Shown: positions 11,223 through 26,200 of the stretch, one piece after another
How positions within the stretch are numbered: position 1 is the stretch's first letter
Layout: the number at the start of each line of letters is the position of its first letter
Assembly (NCBI GenBank): GCA_910592345.1
Contig: CAJVPI010000071.1
Span: forward strand, 1 to 61,339
Reading direction: 5' to 3'
Length of the DNA: 61,339 bases
DNA from: Paraglomus brasilianum
Lineage: Eukaryota
Program-made: the position numbers and the translations under genes
Notes under the pieces: generated by a model
The model's input: the letters and a program-made list of their open reading frames with translations, nothing else
Told to the model about the DNA's origin: nothing
Database searches by the model: none

Positions 11223-14200
11223 TTAACTAACCCATACAGGAACACCGTTAACGTTCTTTGATGCAACAGCTTCACCAACTAATGCCTCAGCTAATAGTTC
11301 ATGCTCCTCTCGGATATGTTGTACCTTGTTTCCAGTGGCAGGGGATGCAGTTGGAGGTCGAGTAGCTGGTTTAGCAGCTTTATCTAAAAGTGAACATAAT
11401 TTAGCAAGTACTGCATACAAAATACGTCAATTATCTGCAATTCTTACCTTTATGATGCTCGGTGTTATTGGCAACAGTACGAATCCTGGGGGCTACATAT
11501 GTCCACCCTCCTGAGTTCAAAGGCTCTTCTTGAGCCCAAACTATTTCAGCATTGGGATACTTGTCGATATGCTCGGCCACGAGATCATACGGGAAAGGAT
11601 TCAATTGCTCTAGTCTGGATATCACGGCATTATCTATCTTGTTTGCCTCTCTCGCTTTCAATAAAGCGTAATACACCTGTCCAGAGCAAAGAATATAACG
11701 TGTGATTTTCTCGGGTGGAGCGAGGTGATCTGGATGAGGATCCGGAATGTAACGGGTAAAGTAAGTTTTGCCGGTCATTTCGGATAAAGACGATCGTGCC
11801 ATTGGATGCCGAAGAAGAGCTTTGGATGTAAAGCAAATGAGCTAACATAAAGAATATACGGTTCTTTAGTTTTCAATGTACGTGTAGGTAGACAGGATAA
11901 TGAAACGATTGTATTTACCGGCTTCCTGAATTCACGATGAATCTGCCTTCTCAACGCGTGAAAATAATTAGCAGGTGTGGTCGGGTACACAACTTGCATA
12001 TTACAATCCTGGTGCTGCCTTGCCATCTTCTCGGGCGAAGGAAATATATAGGGGTGATCGTCACACAATTGTAAGAATCTCTCCAACCTTCCACTCGAAT
12101 GTTCTGGTCCCTGTCCGTCATATCCATGTGGCAACAAAACAACCAAGCCTGTTCTTTGCAACCATTTCTTCTCACCAGCAGCGATGAACTGATCGATAAT
12201 GCATTGTGCATTATTAGTAAAATCACCGAATTGTGCTTCCCATAATACAAGTGCGTTAGGATCTACTAAAGAATACCCAAGCTCGAATCCAAGAGTACCA
12301 AATTCAGATAAAGACGAATTGCAGACAGTGAAATGAGCTTGTCCATGACGTAAATTGTTCAATGGAACGTATTGCTCCTCAGTTTCCTGGTCGTGAAGGA
12401 CAGAATGTCTTTGTGAAAATGTGCCACGTTCGACATCTTGTCCGGAGAGACGCACGTGTTTGCTCTCTAAAAGCAATGTACCAAAAGCTAGACCTTCAGC
12501 AGTCGGCCAATCAATATTATCGCCGCTCTTAATTGCCGCTGCTCTTGTTTTCAAGATTCTTGTTAGACCCGGGTGAATATTAAAGTTTGTAGGATGTGTG
12601 CTAATTACTTCACCAACATGATTTAATGACTCGATTGTGGCACCGCTCGGATAAGATGCCACTATCTCCTCTGCAAGTTCCTTGGGAGATTTGAAGCCTA
12701 ATGTGCAATGTAAACGCAATGAGTAACTAAATTATAGCGCTATAATAGCATAAATGATATATAATAAGTGCCAACGAATTTACCATTCCATGAACTCGAT
12801 AGCCATTCTCGACTTGTTGTTTCATAGCCACTGCTCTTAGCATAACTTTGTTCTAACAATTCCCATACCCACTTTCTGTGTTCCGCAATCTCTTCTGCAG
12901 TGAAGACGTCATCATTAATTAACTTTTGCACGTACTGTTCTAATATTGATACTTGCTTACTAATTTGCTTGTACATTCTGGGATGCGTAAAACTAGGCTG
13001 ATCAACTTCATTGTGTCCATATTTTCGGTAGCATACAATGTCAATAACCACATCCTTTCTATACGTCTGTCTCCACTCAGCAGCCAGTTGACATACAAAT
13101 GTAACTGCTTCCACATCATCGCCGTTGACATGGAAAATTGGCGCGTTAACTACTTTAGAAATATCAGTACAGTATGGCGTCGAGCGAGCAAAACGTGGAT
13201 CTGTAGTGAATCCAATTTGGTTATTTACTACAATGTGAACAGTACCCCCAGTCGTATAGTTAGGAAGATCATGGAAACCCATTGTTTCATATACTACTCC
13301 TTGAGCGGCAAACGCAGCATCACCGTGTAGCAATAACGCCATTGATCGAAGTCGAAAAGCTTCATCATTCATGTAGAACTGGATAGCACGTATCTTCCCA
13401 AGTACTACAGGATCGACAGCTTCCAAATGAGACGGATTTGCAGCCAATGACAAATGAACACGTTTACCAGAAGGTGTCGGACGATCATAGTTCATTCCCA
13501 AATGATATTTCACATCTCCAGAGCCTTCTTCTGATGGACCAGTTGTACCACGGAATTCACAAAAAATCGATTCGTTGGGCTTACGAATGACGTTGCTTAA
13601 TACATTCAAACGACCTCTGTGCGGCATTCCAAGTACTATTGATTCAACTCCCAGGTCGACAGATCTATCAATCTATCATATCAACGTCAAGAGAAAGTGA
13701 TGAGTACAAGAAATGCAGAAAGCTTACGTATATTGTCCAACTGAATGGACCGATTAAAAGTTCCAAATTCACGTACCAGCGCTTTCATTCCCGGAATCAA
13801 ACTTTCACCTCCTTCCAATCCAAATCTTTTTTCATTTGGGTATTTCGTCGCTACAAAGCGTTCAAATGAATCCGACCAAATCAATCGATCAAGTATCATT
13901 CTCTTCTCGGCAGTGGTGTATTTGTATGGTTCAGGAATTTCAATACGTGATCTAATCCAATCACATTGGCCTCGATCCGGAATGTGAATATACTCAATCC
14001 CCATGGTTCCACAATACGTCTTCTGACATGCTTCTATGATTTCGCGAAGTGTCATCTGTAGAGTTGTGGAAGCAAATCCTGGCAGTATACCAGGACCTAA
14101 AGAAAATGTTTTGTCTAAATCCCTCTCTGTGAATCCATAATGAGCCGGCGCAAGTTCCCTAGCAGCTGCATCTTTATCTCCAGTTGTGATCCCGAGTGGA

Positions 14201-14670
14201 TCTAATTTTGCGATATTGTGACCACGTACTTGATAGGCCCTTACCATTAATTGCACTTTCATATGTTCAGTCACATCAGCGGTTGCAGATTCGGTATAAG
14301 GCGACGCAAATGCTCCTGTGCCAGTTGTAAGCGGAACCAGTGTTGGTGGAGGTTGATATGCTATTCCGGATTTAATTCCGGCCTGCATATTTCGAAAATA
14401 TACCCGCCACGACAGATGAACCGAGTTTGGATCCTTCTTCCATGCTTCATACATTTCCTCTATATAAGTCGCTGCATTGCCTTGTAAGAATGCATCATTA
14501 ATAGAGGGTGCTTCTTGATATGCATTTACGGTTGACGCTTTAGTGCGAATTGTAGTTACAATTGGCGAGGCGAAACGGGTTTTTGTTAAGGAAGGTGAAA
14601 AGGTCAGACTACGCAGACGCACGAGAGACAGTGTCGGTCTACTCGTACGTAGAAATAGCGAAGTTGCCAT
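11223..14670 (-). CDS. KGD1: Mitochondrial 2-oxoglutarate dehydrogenase E1 component (multi-exon)
   Basis: Arg/Ser-rich presequence, [77 protein letters not shown]. Confidence 0.98.
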
Positions 14671-14782
14671 GGTGTGATATTTAATAACTTTTCTGTGTGA
14701 ATCGTGTCGGTAGATCTAACAAGTAACAAACGCTTACTAATTCTAAAGACCATTTCGGTGTGTATAAAGATATATCTAATGA

Positions 14783-14807
14783 CGCCACACTCGCCACACT
14801 CGCCACA
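14783..14807. promoter_or_regulatory. Triple CGCCACA(CT) repeat upstream of KGD1
   Basis: CGCCACACTCGCCACACTCGCCACA lies ~115 bp upstream of the KGD1 ATG. Regulatory role is inferred from position only. Confidence 0.3.
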
Positions 14808-15300
14808 GCAAACTTCTAGCTGACATGTGCATATTAATAAGCGTTACGTATCAAATATTTGCTCTACACTATTTTATTCACGGCTTGTTCTCGAAGAGAA
14901 ATAAGTTATGATTTCATCGATAATAAATATATACGATCTTTCTTCCATACACCGGTCAATCTATTTCCTTGCGTATTAGCCAGCTACGTTAGACCTGCAC
15001 TTCATTTGTTAGACAATAAAACTGTCACGTTAAGCGAGAATCCGACAAGTGTTGTTGATACCACCATTGCTTAACTGACACATACAAGAACCTGATATAA
15101 CTAACAATTTTATTAAGTGACGTAGCGCCAGACTTAAGAATTTGAATTAGACTGTCAAAGCTATAAATTCTTATTATCAATTACTGTCAATCGATTGATA
15201 TTCGGCCATTGCACGGAAGGCTTTGTTACTGAATTACGTAATAAAGTTGACTCTTACATATGTTGCATCTCCAGTATTTGGTTTTACTTTAATTTATTTT

Positions 15301-16026
<726 letters not shown>

Positions 16027-16214
16027 TTTAATAATCTTACTACCCCAGGGCAAATGTAAAAGAGGGTAACAAATTTCAAAAATCACTTCGTAGAAGAATG
16101 CCGATAAAGTATTCTGATTGGTTGGATTACACGTGAATTCCAAATTTCTTTTTTTTCTATTGAAAAAAAACTTGCAAACCGAAAATCACCCGCAATAATA
16201 ATAAATAGCAAACT
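16027..16214. promoter_or_regulatory. Shared divergent promoter of RPS15 and MRD1
   Basis: 188 bp separate the two start codons. Contains ATTGG (CCAAT), CACGTG and poly-T/poly-A tracts. Confidence 0.6.
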
Positions 16215-19200
16215 ATGTACGTCGAACGATTTGTCGACTTTTGAAAGCAACAAGAACCGAATGTGAATAACTCATGCCCGAGTAATTACTGTTTAGGTCT
16301 CGACTTATAGTGAAAGGTCTCCCAAATGACCTTACAGATGCAAAGTTTCGAGAACACTTTGCCGCGAAAGGCGAGATTACCGACGCCAAGATAATGCGCA
16401 CCCCGTAAGTTATCGATAATAGCTGGAAAGATTTGGGACTGTGTTTTACTGATAGAAGTGCCGCATCGCATTCGTGAAGTAATCGATGGTGTCTTGCTAG
16501 GGTTCGTCTTTGTAGCATAACCTTGCCAAATAGCTGTAATTGAACTAATTAGTCTACTATTATAATGCAATAGGCTGGGTTGAGAGTAAGAATATATCAA
16601 GAGTCAAAAGTAAATAAATAGGGTCTAATACCTGTTGATTGTCCATATACATTAATGGGTATGCATTTCGGGATCAGTGATGATGAGTTGGTTACATGTA
16701 TTGCCAAACGTACAAGATCATTATAGCACTTTTGTAACAAAGATAACTTATTTTATAATTCACAAATGCACACTGTCTGTTTCCCCCTACCTGCTATCTA
16801 CGCGATCGCCCGCTCCCATTCAGTAATGGCAAGTCTCGTCGTTTCGGATTTATCGGATATCGTACAGAACAACAGGCCAAAGACGCGTTAGAATACTTCA
16901 ACAATACCTACATTTACACATCCAAAATTATAGTTCAATTTGCAGTACCCGTAAGTTCGAAATCAACAATTGTTTCGTAAATATAATATTATTTATCTTG
17001 TATATATTTTCCAGGTAGATGATCGATTATTGCCTCGTCCATGGAGCGCTCACAGCGTTGGATCGTCTGCATATAAAAGAAGACATACAGCGGAAAATAC
17101 GCAGCCTGTAAAAAGCGAAACAATCCAACAACGTGGAGGAAGTAATAAAAGCAATAAAGCTTCAGCCATAGAGGACAAAAAACTCAAAGAATACCTTGAA
17201 GTCATGCAGCCGCGATCTACATCTAAAATATGGGCTAATGACGACTCGATAACGTTGACTGGTGCAGAGGATATTGTTATTAAAGGTGGTAAGGAAGATG
17301 AGTTATACGAAGATCTGCCTAAGAGTAAAAGTAATCATGCTTCGAAGATTCCCGAGGATGTTAACAACAGCGTGGAGCAGGAACAAAACGATGACGAACA
17401 ATCAAACAATGGCATTGCGGATAGTAGTGAAATAAATAAGGATTTATCTTTATCTGATATGGATTGGCTGAAATCAAAGATGCGAAGGAAACTTGACTTG
17501 AATGAAAATGAGGAGGATGTAAGTGCTTTTCGGCTGCTCGTTTGTGTCAGCTAGGGTTCTCTTTTTACTTAAGTTATATTACAAATGAAGGATATTCCAG
17601 AAAGCTCAAGCGAAGCCTCTGCTCCCTCAGAGAATGGATCAAATCATAGTTCAATCGATGATCAAGCAGAAGGATATTCATCAAATATTGGCTTTTCAGA
17701 ACGAGGCGATAATGATATCGTTAAGGCAAATGCAAGAGCGAATATGACAAATGACAAATCTCAAGAAATTACAGAAAATAGCAGCACGACAAACGAAACG
17801 ACAGTTCAAACCGTGCCTTCTGAAGAAACAATAGCGGAGACTGGGCGACTATTTGTTCGTAATCTCCCTTACGTCTGCACCGAGTCTGATCTCCGCAACA
17901 CATTTAATAAATTTGGTCCACTTGCAGAGGTAATTGGCAACTGACGATGAATGCTATTGAATTATTCTACTTGTCTCTCACTATTTGGGCTAACTTTTCA
18001 GGTTCACATGCCGATTGATCGTAATTCGAAGAAACCCAAAGGGTTCGCGTATATACTCTATCATATTTCCGAACATGCAGTAAAAGCATACATTGAGCTA
18101 GATAATAAATTCTTCATGGGACGCTTATTACATATCATTCCGTCACGGGAGAAACCGAATAAAAAGGATGAGTATGCGCATATGACACACAAGCAAAAGA
18201 AAGAAATGAAACAAAAAGAAATAGCTGCCAAAGATTTTAACTGGAGTTCTTTATATATGAATGTGGGTGTTATAAGCTATAAAAGTTGCGGACGGTTTTA
18301 TTAAGAAAGGAATTGTATTCATTTTTTTTTTTTTAATTTCAACTCATTAGCCAGATGCAGTGGCAGAGTCAATTGCACATAGGCTAAACGTTAAGAAGTC
18401 AGACATCCTTAATCCTGAGGCGGATAACATGGCTGCTAGATTAGCATTGGCAGAAACTCACGTTATACAAGAGACTAAAACATTTTTGAAAGAAGTGAGT
18501 ATATAATCCAAGCATGTAATATAGTAGCGTTTTCATTCTAAACACGATCCATTATATTTGTTATAGAATGGGGTATCACTGGACGCTTTTGCAAACAAGG
18601 AAAGGAGCGATACTGTTATTCTCGTAAAGAATATACCTTTCAACGTTACAGAAGACGAATTAAAAGAGTTATTTGAGTGGTATGGAGATCTTGGACGGGT
18701 GAGTCATACAATGATATATCGACTACAAAATACCTTTATGCATTTGTATGACCTTGCATCCTCTTACTTTTTTTTACCGTTTCTGTCATATAGGTCCTCC
18801 TTCCGCCTGCTAAAACAATCGCAATAATTGAATTCCTACATCCTACCGAAGCCAGATCAGCATTCACGAGTCTGGCGTATCAAAAATTTAAAAGTTTACC
18901 TCTGTATCTAGAGAAAGCACCAGTCAACATTTTCCCCACTACACCAGAAGCCACACAACCTGTTTCCGCCAACGATATTGCTGAGCCAACTTTGGAAGAT
19001 GGTAAAGAGGATCTAGAAGCAGATGCAGTAGCTACACTATTTGTGAAGAACTTGAATTTTAATACTACTGAAGATGGGCTAAGAGAAGTGTTTAAGAATG
19101 CACATGGTTTGAAAAGTGTGAGAATTAAGATGAAAAAAGATCCGAAAAATCCAGAGAAATATTTGAGCATGGGCTTTGGATTTGTCGAGTATGATTCTGT

Positions 19201-19878
19201 GAAAAATGCAAAGAATGCAATGAAGGCCCTGCAGGTCAGTGAAATGTGTTGACTTTGTGATAATGACAGAAGTGAGTAGACGGTAACCGTTCTCGTATTG
19301 TGTTATTTAGGGTTTTGTACTTGATGGTCATGCGCTTCAATTGAAATTTTCTAACAAGGGCGTAGACCCTGCTCAGCAAAGACGTGAAGAAGATGCAACA
19401 GCCAAGACAAAGGCAGTGTCGACTAAGGTTATTGTTAAGAATGTTGCCTTTGAAACGACCAAGAAAGATCTAAGGGAATTATTTGGGTAAGCTATGGACG
19501 AGAGTCAAAGATGTCCAGCGTAGCGGTGATTATGCTCTCTATTAATCTTGGTAATATTCTTACAGTGCGTACGGTCAGATTAAATCACTCCGCATTCCCA
19601 AAAAGTTTGATGGTACGTCGCGTGGTTTTGCATTCATCGAGTTTTTGACCAAGCGCGATGCCCGTAACGTAATGGAACAGCTATCTCATACACATTTATT
19701 GGGGAGACATCTTGTTTTAAATTACGCCGAGGAGGATAAGAACGTGGAAGAATTGAGAGAAAAAGTAAGAAGAGAGTATGTAGGAGAGACTGGGAGCGGA
19801 AGAGCAAAAAAGAAAAGTAAAATCAACCTAGAGGAATGGCAGAAGAGTGTTGAGGGAGAAGATATGGACGAAGACTAG
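16215..19878 (+). CDS. MRD1: Multiple-RRM pre-rRNA processing protein Mrd1/RBM19 (multi-exon)
   Basis: [119 protein letters not shown]. The ATG is split AT|G by intron 16217-16296. Confidence 0.96.
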
Positions 19879-20437
19879 CAGTGCCACGAAATGTGTAAAT
19901 TAATAAAAAAGGAGACCGCTGCGTTTTAATAGCTCGAAAAGTTCTCTAAATTCGAACGTCAGTCTTCTGATTACGGATATTGTTAGTTTTTGATAAATGC
20001 GCAGTTTTTTTTTTAAAAAAAAAAAAACATTTAGAATCAAGCCAGTCTGTTGAACGATAGATAAATAGCGTTCATTTCAGTTCCGTAGCTTTCAGGGCCA
20101 GTTATTATTCCGAGTGAAAATAATTATTCCTGAATATTTCCTGATCGTGAACTCCGAGAAATTATTTTTTTCGATAAGAAAATGATGCGGTTTTGCAGTG
20201 AAGTGCAGTCCGTAAAAAATAACCGCGTGGACGAAATTAGAAAAAAAATTTTGCTGTTAACAAGGTGGAGATCTGGTTGATAAAAATGTAATTAATTTCT
20301 TCTTGCAACAGAGAGTTTTTCCGAAGTTTCTCGGCTCGCAAGAGGAGAGTTAAACACTGTTCTTACAGGATTAAAAAAGCAGGCTCATTTTCATAATATA
20401 CAATAATCACGTGATAAACTAGTACATTCTATTCAGC

Positions 20438-21482
20438 TCATTCAGAGCAGTCGCTTTCGGCTTTTGTATTCAAAATTAGCGCAACTATCAATCCATATAA
20501 ACCTAAGACTTCAGCAAAGATGAGTATCAAGACCATTGTTACGAACAGACGCGGTTGTTGTGCATAGCCTCTGACACACTTGATATAAAAATGCAGGTTG
20601 TTAATGATAAAGGCTAATTAATGGGTCAAGCCAACAGTACATTAATGTGGATATACTACTTACAGCATCTCCGACAATACCAATTGTGTACCCGGCGGCC
20701 ATTCCGGATAACCCTACCGCAAGGCCCGCACCCAAGTGAACAAATCCTCTGGAGTGGAAGTTAATTTCAACGTTAATATTGAATTGGCGAATGATAGATT
20801 GTAACCCGTGCCCTCTTTTCGGCGAATAATACTTACGCAAAGAGTGAATAGGGATCGTGTGGAGATACTATTTACCAAATATTAGTAATAGTTGCATTCT
20901 AAAGATAAAATTGCTTCTGTTGTCTCTATATACTTACATGCTCCAGCTATTAATACAGAGATTACCAATCCGTATACGGCAATAATACCAGCCATTACAA
21001 CTGGTATAAGAGACTAGGAAATAAAGGGACGGCAAATCGTCAATTATTGCATGTCTATTGATAAAAGTGAAATATATACACTACTCTTCCCCATTGGTAT
21101 GCTTCTATTACGAAATATGTTACAAGTACCTTCATGATAAGCTCGGGTCTAAATGTTCCCATGCCAGCAATGCCTATCCCAGCTTTCGCTGTACCATATG
21201 CGGCACCGATGGCTATACAAAAAAAAAAGTATCAGAGAATGTGAAGAGAATACTTTGTAAATAACAGCTAAGTACTTGGATATAAGATCTATGCTTGTAA
21301 ATACTTACAGCTGAAAATCATCTTTAATGTCGCACGTATGCCAGGCAATTGTTCATGTTAGTCTGAGATTTTCCGCTTGCCAACTCTACCTACATTCAAT
21401 AACACCCTAGCACACATACCGCCGCTGCAACTCCAGAAAACCCAAAGAATATGGCATAGTGGGGACACTGGTTAGCAGACAT
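20438..21482 (-). CDS. VMA11: V-type ATPase V0 proteolipid subunit c' (multi-exon, includes 13-nt microexon 21309-21321)
   Basis: [93 protein letters not shown]. The [14 protein letters not shown] segment fits c' better than c. Confidence 0.88.
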
Positions 21483-23277
21483 AGCAGTGAAGAAACAGCA
21501 AGCATGTGTTGTGATGTACAGTATGTTTAATCTAATAGATAAATCTAATCACAGATTTGTTGTCAATGTTTGACCACGTGACTCAACTTAACAATGCATA
21601 ACAGTCATGTACATTCGCCAATTAAAATTTGGCGCGAGGGCGGTGTTTTCGACCATTTCTTGAAAACATGCGATACCAGGGAATCACTTGTGGGATGTTA
21701 TTTATTTTAACGGCATTCTCATTATGATATTTCTCCTCACGAAAGCATTAATTCGTAAGAATAATAGAACAGATGAAAAAGTTTCGTGGTTTGTGTAGCT
21801 TCCGTATTATCCAATAAACAAGCAAAGAATGTTGGCAATTAAAAGAAAAGCTGCACATAAAAAAGTGTCTCGAGATAGGAGAGGCAACCTTATTAAAGGA
21901 AATGAACTCAATTTGATCAATATACGAGACATGGGAGAATTAAGAATAAATTAATTCGATCACCATAGTTTTCGAGTTTGGCCACCTAGTTTTGTTGCAT
22001 TTATATATAACCTAGAATTGTTATAATTCTGCTCTACCCAGCTGATAACTTCTCTCCTAAACGTGTATTGATAGCATGCTTACCTTGCTTAGACTCAAGA
22101 CAGTCTCTCATGTATTGATAGCAAATTTGTCACGACTTTTAATCTCTGTGGGCTTACTGAAATTAAGAAAAGCCGCAATTACCATCTATAAAGTAATAAT
22201 AAAGAAATTCCTGCTTCGAGTAATAAAAGAATGTGGCTACTAATGTTTAAAGCTGTAACAACAGTAGCCGAATATTTAACAATGCGTCAAGATGTAATTG
22301 AAGTGAAACGATCTTACGCGTAAAAATTGCACAGAACGTAATTATTACCGATGATCCGTAGCCTCATGCAGGAAATCCCACATGTTTACACATGAGCTAA
22401 AATTTGACTTTGCAACAAAATATATTAACATTAAGGTTTCCATGAAAAGAAAACCGCAATGGCTCAAACAATGGAATAAATAAACCACGGAAGAATTTAA
22501 TATCCGGAAATTTTAAATGTGTGCATGCATATTTAATAATCAAATATCGCGTGCTCGTCCATAACAAAAGGCAATATACATTATATGGTTAAATTGTAGT
22601 TTACGTCTGCAAGGCGTGCTAGGAATCTTAATGATAAAGTGCTCCAATTTCGACGTATTGATCAAAATGAAGACGCACAACGAACAGTATATAGTAATAG
22701 TGTCTTGTTTTGAATCAATCGGATCTTATTGCAATCTTCAATTGTATAATTGTAAACACATTTATTTAAGCATCAGTCAATTTGACTGAACTCTTTTTTT
22801 TTTGGTGAATATGCGACAGACGTATATTGCTAATATAAATAATAAATTATCATTACTTTTGTCTACAACTTGACCTTATATATATATATTTATATACTAT
22901 TTATATATGCAAGACTTTTATAATGCTGTGTTGCACGGAAAAGGTAAAGGATAATTCATAAAGGTGGAAGTATGGTGACTAAGGAGCAGCAGATGAGAAT
23001 TCGCGGAATATCAACATTCGTCCTTGCTGTGGTGTCTGGCATCATGCATACATTCCTCCCATGAGTAAAGGAGAATCGACAAGCAATTCTCCCTTCCTCC
23101 TACAAATAAGCCTATAAATAATACTAAACTAAAATATATCTGTATGTATATGTAATAACGTAAATATTTACCATTATATATCTCATTATCTAAATGAGCC
23201 TCAAGCAAATCCCACTACCCATCTCTTCCCAAAATTACAATAAACCCAACCCAAAGCCAACCCAAAGACACAACCTA

Positions 23278-26200
23278 TTAGTTAGGAACATAAATCCCCT
23301 TCTCATCAACACCCAACACCTTCATAACCTGATCGAGCTTCTCTTCAACAGTTGTTTCACCAACGACTCCAGTTCCTCCCGCTGAGACTTCGCCCCCATA
23401 TATATAATTGCCATTCTCATGGTCATTCGATGACAGCTCGAATCGATTCAGACCTTTTGACATCTCCTCAATCAGACGAGGGAGTGATACGTCTTTAGCT
23501 ATATATACACTTGTCTGTGGTAATTGATCAAATTGATGATCACTTGACGTGATGGAAGAGCGTTTGGAGTGAGATGACTGGGAAGAATTCGGTAGTAGAT
23601 ATGAAGAAACACGGCTTTGAGATTGTTGAACTCCAGGCAGATGCAACGGTGATGGATAGTTATGATAATAGTCCAAGTGACTATATCGATTGCTATCCTC
23701 CATATCACTCTCTTCTCCATTCTTCTTACTATAATATTCATCGAAACATTGACTAAACTTTCCCGCGTTGCTTGCGCGCGATCCATCAACAACTTGCCAA
23801 ACATAAGACCCGTCAGCCAATTCGAGCACTTCTACGTGTTGTTGATGTTCCAACTCTTCCAAGAGAGCATCACTATCGAATAGAACCGAGTGTTTAAAGT
23901 TATTTTCTTCTAATCCACTATGGGGGCGGCTACTATAGTCGTACGAAAAGTGATCGTTTGGAGAATCAACATTCTCAGTGTCGTTATCTTGTCTACTGTA
24001 AACACTGTCATTGTCTTGTTCGTTATCGTCACCTTCATGATCGGAATAGTCATAGAAATCAAACAGACTTTCGCCATATGCACTAGCAATGCTCTTTCCG
24101 CCAGTAGATTTTCTAAGCCGGCTGGTGGATGACAAAGAAGAAGCAACACTTTGTTTACTAGCTCGCTTGGACGACACGCTACTCCGATGCGAAAGCAAAG
24201 CATCCGAATTAAGTGGAGGGATAGGCGGTATCGGTATTCCGTACGGCGGTTCCAATATGGACTCTCGCGTATTGGGTGATGGCACAGGCGTAGGCGGCCG
24301 GTTACGTAATGTCTCATTTGCTGGTATATCCAAAAACTTGTCATTCTGACTCTGACGTGCACTCGTCGTCGATTGTGCGTCTTCATCTACTCGTGTCAAG
24401 TACCACTTTCGACCTTCAGAGTCAATGTGTATTCCTCCAACGTGAAGTTTCTTGTCCAAATCCGTGTGATCGTCAGGACTATCTGCTGATTTGGCCTCGT
24501 CGGGCAATGGAGGAAGGACTGGTTTTGTAATGATGATCGTACGCCTTATCACAGGGTTTCGTGGTTTAGAAACCTCCGTCGGCGAGCCAACCATCGAATC
24601 GGATTGTTCATTGGGGTGTATAATTGTGGGGATGGAATTAGAGTTCGTTGTCACCTGAAGAGAGTTCTTTGTCCCATTGTTACTACGATTGCCAAAGTTA
24701 CTAAATATGGACAACAGTTTAGATGACGTCTTTGAATTCCTGTTGGCGCCTCGTTTAGATCTTTCTGTTGAACTATCTTTGCTGTTTTGCCTAAGAGATC
24801 CAGTAGTAGGTTTATCCCGCTTGATGGATCCGCTCTTTGAGTTCCTTCGTGATCGAAGAGAACCAAGTGGAGATAGCGGTTGAGGAGTAGTTGATCCCGA
24901 TACATCTACTGAATTTTGTGATAGTGGACTGACAGGAGCAAAACTTGTATTCGAGTCTGAATCAGTATTATCCCGTGCATCGTCCGTAACATTCTTCCTG
25001 AAGCTGACGACGTCTACGGTAAGTTTGCTGGATTGAGACGCCCTATTATCGTCTTCAGCTTCTTGGATTGTCTCTTTACTCAACTCTTTTGAAGCCTTTT
25101 TTCCAAGCGATGCTCTACCAGCCGACGCGGAACTTCTGGTCGACGTATTACCCGATTCACCAGATTGCGATGATTTCTTCGATGTAGAATATTTGGTGAC
25201 TGTTTCAGCGTGTCTTTTTAATGCGTCAAGGTCGTACATTGGCGGTGGACGTGGGAATACAATATCGTTTTCGCCCGTCACTAGAGTAGCATTGTCTTCA
25301 CTCACTGATTTCATAGACATGCTGCGATCACTATCCTGATAATCCTTGTTTAGTGAGGTAGTGCTATTATTTCTCCAAAGGCCACCATCAGTGTCATATC
25401 GACGATTTAAGTTTTCCTCAGAGACAGATTTGCGTGACAAGGTATCATTAAACACCTGTAATCTCAAAATGTCGTTACTACGTTTCTTTTTCTTTAAACT
25501 TTTGTTCTCACCATCATTAGCAAATACATCTTTTATCCTTCGAATTGACTTTGAAAACGTATTTTCATTCTCACGCAAAGATACTTTCCGCGCGAATGAA
25601 CCGTTTTCAGAGTCTTCATCCCTATCAAGATGAACGATAGGAATTGATTTTACGCTGGATGAAGATGCAATCAGCTGCGGACCAGAAATGTCTTTGGGAT
25701 TAATGGGTTTTTTGGGTCTGCGAACTATTGATCTTGACCTCTGTTCGTACATCGAGACGGATGCGTTCTGAAGCCGTCGCATTATTAATACTTGGTTTGC
25801 AATATCTGCCTGACCACTAGCTATTAGAGTATCAGTGAGCGCGTCTGGGGGCGGCTCTGGTTTGGGTGGTGGTCCTTGTTTGGGGGGTACAAAATTTCGC
25901 TGTTGAGAAAGTAAGAAATTTGCTTGTTCTTGAGAAAGTGAAATATCAGTTTTTTGTTGATAAGGTAAAATGTCTGTTTGTGGTCGAGATGGCAAATAGT
26001 CTGTTTGTGGTCGAGGTGGTAAAAATTCTGTTTCTTGTCGAGTATTTGTTTCTGTATTTTGTGGATGAGATGCTAAATCAAAATCCATTAGCTGCGAATC
26101 AGGTCTCGTCGCCGCTCGTCGTTGTTGTGTATACAGTCCTTCTGATTTGCCCACAAAATTCCTAGTCTCCGGAGGATCAACTGGCGATTCAAGTACTTGC

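Noticed and set aside
16670..16790. Box C/D snoRNA in MRD1 intron 2 (GTGATGA box C-like)
   Set aside because: No downstream CTGA box D or terminal stem was found in the intron.
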